A DNA stretch of 60,642 bases, filler included. It is 3 parts of 3 records of this genome, joined end to end, with 100 filler letters (N's around TTAATTAATTAA, not from the genome) between each part and the next. Parts side by side here need not be neighbours in the genome. Positions count along the whole stretch, not along the records: positions 27,332 to 48,414 come from SRR20825019_3004; 2 more parts are not named here. One strand, written 5' to 3'. A program made the position numbers and the translations under genes. Of this stretch, positions 33,211 to 44,106 are shown one piece after another. Numbering within the stretch: position 1 is the first letter of the stretch; each line of letters opens with the position of its first letter. Under the pieces are notes generated by a model. The model made no database searches. It saw only the letters and a program-made list of their open reading frames with translations, and was not told the DNA's origin.

Positions 33211-36200
33211 TTATTCGATCGTGACCTCAAACCGCTGAAACTTTCCAGCGCGCTTGACTGTAAGATCAACCTTGGCACCTGATGCAAGGTCAAGAACTGG
33301 ATGGAACGACAAATCACACACAGCTTACCCCGAAGGAATATTGCCTTGCTCTCTACAAGGTCGCATATCTCAGTTCCGGGGATCGTATTGTCATTGCCCC
33401 TAGACCACTGGAAGATGACATCTCCTACAACCAGTCCGGCAGCGTGAGCTGGCGAATCATCCTCGATTGAGACAACCTTGGCACCCCATGGGGTGCTATT
33501 CATCTCCGCGCCAAAGTACCCATCAAAACTCGCACCTCCTAGCGATGCTACCGTAGAGCGGCGAGGCGATGTCGCTTTCTCTCCGGTATCTATTTTGCTC
33601 ATGCGAGTGTTCAATTTTGTTAGCAGCTCCTTGCTCCAATAAGACTTGGAGACATTCGAGTCGTCGGCCTTGGCCGCAACATGTGCGGCCTCTGAAATGG
33701 CCGCAGCGAAACCCATATCTGTGGTAGACTGGTTTGCCTGGTCCTCTTTCTGAACCGCTTTACAAAATGTCAGTTCACGGATTGTTAGCACGGTCGTGAT
33801 CTCCATTACCTGGTGCTATCACCTCCATCAAACCCTCCATGTCAGACATGTCCGAGTCGTAGTCATCGTCTTGATCACCAAAATCGTCGATGATCCTCTC
33901 TTGTACATCAGACCCAAAGCGCACAGAGGCGCGCACACTGCTGGCCGCAGGAGATACCGAGGGCGGGGCACTTGTGGGCGGTGGTGGCGGAGGAGGCTGA
34001 TCCACTGCCGGAGGTGGTGGTGGAGGGGGCTCATTAGCGGCAGGTGGGGGAGGGGGTGGTTGGGCAGGGGCCTCCATCGATGCTGGCCTTGGCGGGGGTG
34101 GCGGTTGTTCAGATATGGAAGTCGCCGCCGCCGGTGGAGGTGGCGGAGGCTGGTCGAAAGCAGCTGGAGGTGGTGGCGGTGGTCCTTCGTCACGTGGCGG
34201 TGGTGGAGGTACCGTTAAGGGGACACCTCCCAAGACTTGAGGCTTTGGAGGCAGGGGCGGAGCCGCGCTTGTTGGCAACGGTGGAGGGACATCTTGCGTT
34301 GGCGTCGCCACAGACGGAAGTGGTGGAGGTGCAGTTGACATTGGAGGCGGTGGCGGCGGCTGGTTTGGCACCGCAGACCATGCCTGCTGGGGTACTGGAG
34401 GGGGGGCAGTGGGAGCAGGTTGCGGAGGGATCTGCGCAGGCAGAAATGTTCCCGAGGCCCTCTGCTCGGCCTTGTTGGCGGCTGCACGAGCCAATGATGC
34501 AGCAAAATCATTCGCTGGAGTCACCACAGCAGGATTCGGCACTGGAAGAGAAGCGCCTTCCTGCACTTTGGGCGGAGGAGGCCCCTGCTCATCTAAACCC
34601 GACGCCTTCTTCAGCGCCTTCCCCATGATATCGCCCCTCACCGACGGATTTCCTCCCGCCCCCGATGGAGCTGCATCATCCTCATCATCACTGTCCATTC
34701 CCATCTCTCCAGACTTAGGGGTAAGCGGCATCATCCCTTCGTGCTTTTTGATTTGCGCATGCTTGTCAGCTGAATATCCTACAGTCAGTCACTATCCCAC
34801 ACTCCCCATGCTCGATGTGAACTCACGATCTTGGGAGAAGAAGCATTCATCGCAAGCTCGCACCGGCTTGTTTTGGCCCGGAATGGTCAGCTTTTGGCTA
34901 CTGCAATCGGAGCAAAAAACCTTTCCGCAAACTCGGCAGTGATGCTGCGCCCATGTCATTCTCCCACTTTTCATCCTTCCACATCTCACATACCCGCCGG
35001 TTCACCAGAGTGAACTTTGGATTCTTACACAAAGGATTCATACAACTCTTTGCGTTCTTATCCGAGACCCACACAGGGGCAGAGAAGTCACCATTGCTTT
35101 TTCTCTTGGCCTCCCGCTCCTCCGCGGACCCCTTGACCATCTGGGATGTCCTCGCTGCGTTTTTCTGTCGCTGTGCTTCAATGCACTCCATGATCGAGTT
35201 GACCCACTGGTCTTTTTCCTACAATACAATCCAACATGTAAGGCATTTCGGTATGACCATGCCATAAGTCCAGCCACACTCACAGTATCATCCGCGCATA
35301 TTGCCGTGAATGACTTTTGCAAGCTAATAATATTGAAGGAATGCTTAATAGCCTCCGGGCCATTCCTATCCAACCTGGTTGTCGCCAACTATTTGGGGTG
35401 AGTGAGCAGGTGGCGCCATATTGCAAAAATCAATGCTTACCTCAAGTGTCCGATGATATATGAATTTTTCAGTACCTGGCACTGGCTCACCATACACTAG
35501 CACGTCATTGAAAAGGAAAAACCAGAATCTCTTTGGACCTTTTCTACAAAGCTTGGAAATCGGCCCATCACGGACGTACTGTCGGTGCGGTTCAATCAGC
35601 TGTACGTTCTGCATGGCTGTAACCTTTCCAAGCAGATTCGTCACACGCCCTGTGAGGCCTTCCTTTGTTCCCACTGTATCCACCATGTTCCCTGCAAACG
35701 ACTTCTGAATCTTCATCATCTGCGCCATGTTCTCCTGTCGGCGAATGGACTCGTTCACCGCCGTTGCTGTCGTGGATATAGCTGACAATGCTGCAATAAG
35801 TGTATCATGATCAGCGTGACCTGGCGGCGTGTTCTTCAACAGATCCTCCAGCAGCAGTTTATATCGCGGGATTCTCTGAATCGGAGTAATCAACAGTGAA
35901 GGCAAGGGAGTCTGGAAAGATGCCAGAAAGTCCGCAAATTGCTTATTCTCTGTGGTTAGCCGCGTCAGCGTTTCTCTAGAATTGTCAAAGTTGTTGCAGT
36001 ATTGAGTGTACATCTTGAAGAATGGCGAGAACCTTGAGAACACAGGGCCCACCATGGCGTCAGGTGTCCAGTTCTCGGAAATGGGTTCCAGAGTGTTAAG
36101 GAACTCTTTGTTCGTTGACAGAATAAGCTCCATATTGGAGAAAATGGCCAAAAGTTCTGGCATGGTGATGAAAGGCTTCTCGTCCTAAAGGTTTTTCAGC

Positions 36201-36605
36201 TACCATCCATTTTGCCATTAAAGCCCTTACCTCGGAAATAGGATTCTCGACAATGCTTTTCAAAGGCAACAACACTACACCAATCGCTGTTTCCAAACCC
36301 TGCTGATAAGACCTCTCTGTGGACACGATTTCCGCAATAATTGCTTTTCGCTTCTTTTCCATTTTCTGGAGCTTCTCTTCCGGAATCTGGGGAGGGTCAG
36401 CCGGAGGTGGTATGACCTTAGGACTGTCCAGATTTTCGACCACAGCAGCCGCCACTCCGACCCCGGGATCCGAAGGAGGAGTATCTGCCGGTGGTGGAAT
36501 AAACGTTCCCCCGGGCGAACTCGCTCCGAAGGGCAAGGGAGGGGGAACCGACTGGGGAAGAGGAGGCGGCGCAGCAGCAGGAGGTGGGGGTGGCTGGTCT
36601 CCCAT
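33211..36605 (-). CDS. FGD/frabin-like RhoGEF: DH-PH-FYVE + polyproline + PDZ
   Basis: DH ([36 protein letters not shown]), PH ([10 protein letters not shown]), FYVE ([29 protein letters not shown]), a long polyproline tract, and a final PDZ ([24 protein letters not shown]..|[10 protein letters not shown]). Confidence 0.88.
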
Positions 36606-37049
36606 CTTCACTCTCTTACACTGCTTCTCGTTTGCTTCCGGTAGTGTAGAGGCTGATATATGTGACAAATGTGGACTTGGTGGGCCGGGTCAAAGAGTGG
36701 AGGACTCGGGCACTGCCTTACGACCTGACGTCGCTATATTCGCCTGTTGGCGGGCCGGGTGTTGGTGACAGCTGACTGGAGTGGTCCTGGACGACTTCTC
36801 CATGCTGATTGGTGGTGGAGATGGGATGGTGTTCGGTTTGACTGCAGCCTGTCCGGGCTAGCCCGGTGGGGCGCTGTCCCGGCGGACTCTGCCGCCGCCC
36901 GGTCAAGTGCAGTGGCCGCAGTCGTGAGGGCGTGCCGAAGCCAGCCATGTGATCATAATCCCTTGTTCAGGAACATGAGGGTGGACCAGGGGGAATCAAG
37001 GAATCCGCCACGAAATTTTTTGTCATTACATATAAAAACCGACTCTGCT

Positions 37050-37455
37050 ATCTTGGGGTTTGTGCGCCAGATGGGCCAGGGTAAAACCCCGAGCCAAAGG
37101 CACTTTGGCGACCTCCTTACCATCTGATCCGCAGGACGCACCTGCGTGACCGACAGCCGGGTGGAGCCAGCGTGCCTAAGGCCAAATCCCAAACAGCACA
37201 TTGGGTTGGATCTTCATCGCCGGTTAGCTTACACTATTGTATGTTGCAATCACAGAGATGTGAAGATACCCTTGATAACTTTGTAAGGCCCTGTGGCCAG
37301 CCCTCGCCGAATTTTGACGCAATTGTGGGATTTGCACCATGGAACCACTGGGGACCCTCCTCTAGTTATTATCCATACCACGGTATGGGTACGAGACCTT
37401 AGGCTTGTGGCGCTTGACGTGCCCGGGCTCATCAGTGAAGTGCGGGAGCCCGGCG
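37050..37455 (+). ncRNA. Candidate structured non-coding RNA (unassigned family)
   Basis: Nine largely compatible helices of 6-10 bp, including a pseudoknot, found by eye downstream of a TATA-like TATAAAAA (37031-37038). No family motif recognised. Confidence 0.25.
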
Positions 37456-37853
37456 CTGGGCCCCGACACGGCACGGGGACGCCCGCGGGCGGCCGGCTCA
37501 ACCTCCGCCGTGGGACCGGTAGCGGCTGATTGCCGTTGATGGTCTCGTTAACGTTAGGAATACCCATACCCACAATGGTGTACTCCTTACTGAACAGACA
37601 CGTAGAGCAGTCCTCTGTTCAGACCTCCTCCTGCCTGTCCTTCCAAAAACCCTCTCGACTCTTGGGGTCTGGGCGTCGGTAGTATCACCTGAGCCCCAAC
37701 GGTCGTTCTGTGATCACCCCAAGCGGGGACACCTTTCAAACGAGCACTTCAACCATCCTTCCCTCCCTTCCCCTCCCCTTTCCTTTTCTGTAAGTAAACG
37801 TAAGAAAGCCAAACTCAATTAATGGTATCGTTCAAGTAGTTAATTTTGGGAAG

Positions 37854-38648
37854 ATGGAAACGGTACATGACGTTCTTGCTTGGTTGGAGACGAACGAGAC
37901 CCACGACAAGGCTCTTAACCTCATTATGGTGCTCTCTTTGGTGCTTCCCCTCACGTTGACATATGTTGTTCAGGCTCCGTACGGCCGCTATGCAACCAAA
38001 TCATGGGGCCCAACTGTTTCCGCGCGAGTGGGATGGTTCGTTATGGAGAGTCCTTCCTTCTACATGTACCTCTTCTTCTTCCTCCGCTCTCCCCACACTA
38101 AGTGGGAGTTCATGCCCATCGCATCGTCAGTGCTCTTCTGCGCACACTATTTCCACCGTTCAATTATCTACCCAATGAAGCTGAACCCAGCAAAAACTTC
38201 ACACATGCCCATCATCACATCGTCCCTTGCGTTCATGTGGTGCAACTTGAACGGCTATGTTCAAGCATATTACAACGCCAACCCTGCCAACTTTGAAGGA
38301 GTCAGCATGACCACTTTCCTCATCGGTGCCACAGTATTCATCACTGGTATGGCCATCAATATCCACTCGGACTACTACCTGTTGACTCTCCGCAAGCCCG
38401 GAGAAACAGGCTACAAGATCCCTCGTGCGGGCATGTTCAACTATGTGAGTGGGGCGAACTTCTTTGGTGAGATACTGGAGTGGACAGGATATGCAATTGC
38501 CTTGAATTCTCCCAGCGGGTGGGCGTTTGCTGTGTTTACCGCCGCCAACATTGGACCCCGCGCTCTCACCCACCACAAGGACTACCTGAAGAAGTTTGGT
38601 AAGAGTTATCCAAAGTCTCGGAAGGCTCTCATTCCCTTCGTTCTATGA
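37854..38648 (+). CDS. Steroid 5-alpha-reductase (SRD5A/DET2 family)
   Basis: APYGRY, GWFVMESP, HYFHRSIIYP, NGYVQ, NIHSD..LRKPGETGYKIP, ANFFGEILEW, PRA..HHKDY, RKALIPF. Confidence 0.95.
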   Translation: METVHDVLAWLETNETHDKALNLIMVLSLVLPLTLTYVVQAPYGRYATKSWGPTVSARVGWFVMESPSFYMYLFFFLRSPHTKWEFMPIASSVLFCAHYFHRSIIYPMKLNPAKTSHMPIITSSLAFMWCNLNGYVQAYYNANPANFEGVSMTTFLIGATVFITGMAINIHSDYYLLTLRKPGETGYKIPRAGMFNYVSGANFFGEILEWTGYAIALNSPSGWAFAVFTAANIGPRALTHHKDYLKKFGKSYPKSRKALIPFVL

Positions 38649-38851
38649 AGTGGCGCAGCAGGAGCGACGTGACTATCAAACCCGTCCTTGCCTCCGTATA
38701 CTGCCCTTGCTCTGGATGTACAACCCTACCTATGACTGAAAAACAACCAGTGAAAATACAGTGTCCAAGTTTACTTTCGCGTCATCTGAAGCAACAGAAC
38801 GCGGCGTCGAGAGAGTTTATGATTTGGAGCCGGAAGTTCCGACTCGTGACC

Positions 38852-41800
38852 TCACTGTCCACAGGCCTGATACAACTGAAGATTGCCCAGGGTATCCACC
38901 ACAGCGACCACACCTTCATTGATGGCCGCGGCAGAATGAGCAGGCAGCTCCAACCTCCTTGTGATGCCAGCACTGTCGCATTCGCACAGCTCTACAAAGT
39001 TGGCGTTTTCAGCTAGAACTGGCGCCCTGTTGATTGGATGTTCCACAACACCTTCCCCAAAGCAGGCTGTGGAGCCGTTGCAGAAGCCACAGACCTGTGA
39101 TCCACGCACACGTGTGGCGGAAAAGTGGACCTCCCGGTTGTAGATGGTAGGCATCACCGAGTTCTCGGCCTCCTCAAGTTCAGACATATCAAAACGCGCG
39201 GTGAAGTAGTTTGTGCGCACCATCAACAAGCGATCGGTCTGGGCCGAATCCCCGGAACCCAAAGAAACAAACTTCATTCCGGCGATGACAGGAACCCTCT
39301 TGGTCTCTATGAAGTGTTCCAGCAGCGCCGGGTCAAAGGACGCCACGCCCATCTTGTGCAGCGAATGCCTCATCATGGGCAGGCGCTCAATCTCGAGAAT
39401 GTCAACGCTGTAAAACCCATTCCCCGCAAGGGCAGCGGCATTGGATGTGGCCGACGCCGGCTTAGACTGCCGCAGAGAAGCGTTGGACCTTTGGGTTGAC
39501 ATGCCAGACGCGAGAGCGGCCTCGGCCAAGCTTTGCTGCGACTTCTCGTGGCAAACAGCAAGTATCATTCCACCCTGCCCAAAGCACAAAGAGTGCACTC
39601 GCCCATAGTCCTTCACAACAGTGCCCACGTTCTCGGCGACCACAGTGCACTCAGGCGACCCGAACCCATTCAAATCCTCGAGTGCCTGGGTGTCAAGCAG
39701 GAATATGCCGGATGCAGTGCCAACCGCTAGGGTGCTGCCATCTTGGCTAATACTGCATGAATTATACTCAGCCAAGTTGAGCGCCGTCTTGTCCACCTTC
39801 CTACGGCGATTCAGGAAGACTCGACAGACAACAGCACACTCCATCACGTCGCACATGAACATCTCGTTCTTGTCCGGTGACTGGTTTGCCACGGTACAAA
39901 CGTAGACAAATCTGCCGTCAGGTGAAAAGATCAAATTTGTCGGGAGACAAGGTAGCTGTATATCCCCCAGTTGCGTGAACCTCTCAGTCGAATGGTCCAC
40001 GCTCACAAGGCGAACAACATTGTTTGAATAGGCAACAGCCACCACCCCTCCGTTGCTACTGATAGCCATAGTCAGAGCTGTTGTATCAGCACAGTTACGG
40101 CTCACAGCATCCTTGGCATTTATAACCACCAGCTCTTTGTGGAATGGATTCACAAAGTCGAGGGGGTTGTTCTTCTGCCGTGCCCTGGATGAGAACACAG
40201 CAACTTTTTGGCCATCACTCGAGATCGCCTGGGACACGATCGGCAGGTTCCCGCGTATCGTAAAGTGAGTGCTCCCGCGCTCTCCCACTACTCGGGAAGC
40301 ACGCGAGCATGTTTCATTAATGTAGTTGGCGCCTTGCTCGAAGGATGGGATATTGACCACCTCAGCAGATAGAGTGCCTGACTCGCACGTAGCGGAATCT
40401 TGGTACCGCTCGCTATCCTTCAAGATGCCCTCAAAGTAGAAACGGCGTTTGGCGTGGATATCATCCTGCTGGGTGCCCATGGAGACCCCGGAACCCGCAT
40501 CAAAGGACTCGCAAAGTACCTGGGTGGACACGCCGTCGCAGAAATCGTTCAGATAACCAATCGCATCCCGCACGCGGCCATCTTCCGTGCGCCAGCGCGC
40601 GACCTTCTCTTCGCCCTCCACTGGCGCCAGGAACCGCCACTTGCTCCCACCACGATAGAAGGAATTCACCAATTCCTCATTTGAGATCCGGCACTTGTCG
40701 CTCTCCGCCAGTGCCTGATCCACACTGAGAGGGTCCGTGCTGGCATACTTTGTCACAGGAACGTCCATGGGCGGGGACACAAGGATGGCGCCGGTATTCG
40801 GATCAGTGGTGATCACCGTCCGGCACGTCATTGGCTCTAGGCAAGGATTAACCACAATGGGCTCAATTCGTGACCTCCATGACTGCCGGGACCCAGGGGC
40901 ATGGTTTCGGGGAGGTGGTGCCCTGCGCTTATTCCAGAGAATCTGCATAAAATATCAGGAATTATCCGGCTACACACACTCACAACGGCAACGTACGTCC
41001 CCAAGCTCCGCGTTGTGGACCACGATTGCCCGTGCCCAAGTCTCAGCGACGATGAATTTACCATGACCAGCATAGAAGGTATGCTCGATAGGACTGGGGT
41101 TGAAATTCTTCTTCGGTAAACCGTGAAGTACACGCACCAGACCATGAAGAGGATTGACAGTCACCGGACCTGCAGGGGCCACCAATGGATCGGCGGACCC
41201 GAGGGTGAAGTGGCCATGCCAGTTGGTAATGTTGACGGACACGCTCACCTCACCGTTCAGACCAGGACAGTTTGAGAAGCTGAGCAGCATGTCTGAAGAA
41301 TTCGGGCGGAAGCTGACGCGAAGGTATTGCCAAGGCTCAAGATTGGGGTGGGTGTTCTCGATACCAACCTGCTTGTTCGCCACAGCAGCATAGCGCTCCG
41401 AGAAGTGCAAAGTTCCGTCTCGAACATCCACAAGGCCAACACACCACTCCTCGCGAATTAGGAGAAGAATGCGCCCGCATGGAGAAAAGCGGAGGCGCAG
41501 GTCCGCATAGGATGAGTCGCTGACCTCCTTAAGGTCATCCACCAGGTGCAGAAGAAGCGGTTCCTTGTACTCTTTGTCCACACCGTCGATCTGTTCCGAG
41601 TAACGCCTCATCCATAACGGGTGTTTTTCCTCATCAGAATAGTGAGCTGTGCTATGGAACCCTACTCCAACAGTTGCAGCCACGTGGAGAGACTGCTCGG
41701 GTTGCCGCCGAATACCCCTGCCCACATGATTATCCAAGAACTTGATATATGCTTCATACTGGTGGATGTTGGGAAGCCCTGGTGCTTGTACCAGCACCCT

Positions 41801-43312
41801 CTCCACAAGTTTGCGCAAATCGTCGAAGAGTCCGTGAGAGCACACCTGCTGAATGAAACCAACATCCCATAGGACCTCAAGGGCGTCATACTCCTTAAGT
41901 TCCATCACCCTCTGGAAGAAGCATTCGAAGTCCTGCTTATCCTGGAGAAATTGGCGTGTCAATTACGCATGATGAGAGGAAAGCGGGGAATGGGGGCTTA
42001 CCTCAGCCTGGAATGTCGCGTCATTCCCCGGATCAAGCCTTGCCTTCAACTCCCTGATCACATCGGAACGCTCCTGTTCAGAGGAAGGGACCTCCGCAAG
42101 AACCTTCTGAAGTGATGTTGCATTGGCTGCTTGCTCTGCTGTAACAACACCATTGTGTCGAGGGTCGTCGTGAAACAAATTCGCGGCCTTGACTTTTTCC
42201 TGGGGAGTCACTGCAGCATTATCGAGGACTGTGAGCATGGGCAGCGCAAATACGATCAGGAAACGGTAGTTGTCCATATTTTCAATGGGATTTCCCGAAA
42301 GGTCAAGGCTGCGAAGATTCTCCTTATCTGTGATAAATACTACTTCCGATGGTCTGGAGATCTCATTGCTCGCGGCATCTACTACAGTCAGAGACGGTAA
42401 CTTCCCTTCCACAAGTCCGCGGAGTGAGGTCAGCATGTTCTTGCGAACGAATATCATCTGAAGATTATCCATGCAACCCATACCCTCAAGCTGTTTCACG
42501 TGATTTTGGTTCTGGTAATCACGTTAGACTCCGTTAATTATACAGTCACAAAAACACGGCATACAATGTTCAGAATCTTGAGTTTGGAAAGAGTCTCAAT
42601 TCCAGCAATGCTAGTTAGTTTGTTTCTCTCAAGGGATAGCTCCTGTAGTGTGGTTACTGTAGATAGCGAGCCGACTTCCGAAATATTGTTTCCCGCCTAT
42701 CACACCAATCAGCCCAGAGGTCCTATTGGGGATGTTTAAAACAACCAACCATATTCAATCGCCTCAGAGAAAAATACTCCTCAAAACCGTCAGTGGTACA
42801 GATATGGTTGTTTGATAGATCTAGCTCTACCAACGTCGACAGTGCAGGCTTCGTCCTAAATGTCTGTGTAAACAGGTTAGGGCCGCAACCTTCGTCTCTA
42901 CTCTCCGAACCATGCATACCAGGAGGTTGTTATTACTTAAGTTAAGGTGAATGAGATGAGACAAACAAGACAGAGACGCCACGTTATCAATATTGTGGCC
43001 ACTCAAGTTCAAGCTCTGGAGATACTTGTACTTTGCAACAGGGTCCGTACTTTGGAGATATGGCAAGTTCCCTTCGTCTTCTTCAATAACTGTCCCAGGA
43101 AACTCCAAGTGAAGAGCAGACACACGATCTCCCGCAGTGCTGGCTCCTATCTTTGTTAGCGAGGCGCGAACGAGTTCGTCTCGCAGTTCTTCCTCGGTAG
43201 GCGGTGCCATTGGTGCCTCATCGGGCACTTCGTCACCCTCCGCGAACTCGTTCTCATAACCTTCCTCGGCGTTTTCGCCCTCAACCTCCACGGGTGCCTC
43301 CTCCTCGGCCAT
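38852..43312 (-). CDS. Large LRR (LRGUK/LRRC23-like) + beta-propeller-like protein
   Basis: Acidic N-terminus, SDS22-type LRRs with cap LDLSGNPIENMDNYRFLIVFALPMLTVLD..TPQEKVKAANLF. In-frame introns (e.g. 41942-42001) link to ORFs with WD-like motifs FSPCGR, SSDGQKVAV, FSPDGRFVYV and SQDGSTLAVG. Confidence 0.72.
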
Positions 43313-43689
43313 ATGCTCTTCTGTGAAAGAGTGGAGTGACGTCCAAACGTGATTTATATCTTCACAGGGTGTCAAAGACTGCTCCACCCGGGCGAACAGT
43401 GGACTATCCCGCAACCAATGTGCTGCCGGCCAAAACTCCAAACGCGGGTTGCCGGCGGCCGACAACACTCAAGCTTACTCGGCTTCGGTGGCGGCCTGAG
43501 CCGACCAGAAGAACGGAAGGCTCTCCCGGCCTCGCCCCCACCCGGCTGCCCGGCCGTCCATCAATCCGGCCGGTTCGGGGGGAGGCACCCTCCGGCTGGG
43601 GTTCGTCGGCCGCGGCTGGTGGGCGGGTCCGTCACGGCGTGAACGGCATCAAGTGGGCAGATCAGTTCAAAACCAAATGAAACGGCTTC

Positions 43690-43860
43690 CGTAATCCCTT
43701 GTCTAAGGATTGATCTCGATATAACGATACTATTTGAGAACAATCGCCTCGGGAAAGTTCCTATCAAGTTGTGATATTGAATCGATTGTCTCACTCAGGT
43801 TACAAGGCTCTGATCGGGAGGTAATGCCCCCGATCGGAATTTTGTTCGCAAAACCTCTTC
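43690..43860 (+). ncRNA. Candidate structured RNA or structured 5' leader
   Basis: 11-bp bulged helix, 10-bp hairpin and a UUCG-capped hairpin within about 170 nt of a divergent spacer. Confidence 0.2.
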
Positions 43861-44106
43861 AGACTGGATAATGCAGAATTGTTCCTCATAGACCACCTCC
43901 CCAAACCGACTCCCGTATCACGGTACCGGTTGCGTATACTGCTTCAGTATGTTGAAGCATGGTTAGTCGACCGCAGACGGCTACCTAGCATGCGACCACC
44001 TCTCTAGCGCCGTCGCTCGCTCCCAAACTCTTCTTTGCCGCATGGTGGGGGTGAGCAGTATTAATAACAATTATCCCGAATTGCAACTAAGCGCTATGCA
44101 GGTGAT

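Noticed and set aside
37052-37126. HDV-like ribozyme
   Set aside because: The pseudoknot topology is superficially similar, but there is no P3/L3, no P1.1 and no short J4/2 with the catalytic C on either strand.
37053-37193. Telomerase RNA template (CAAACCCCAA on minus, CCAAATCCCAAA on plus)
   Set aside because: Both candidates fall inside predicted helices and no telomeric repeat is available in the window for comparison.
37353-43867. RNase MRP / RNase P RNA (CTCTAGTTA and GGGCTCA near 37.4 kb; GGGAAAGTTCC and TTCAGACT near 43.8 kb)
   Set aside because: The CR-I and CR-V-like words cannot form a proper P4 helix at plausible spacing.
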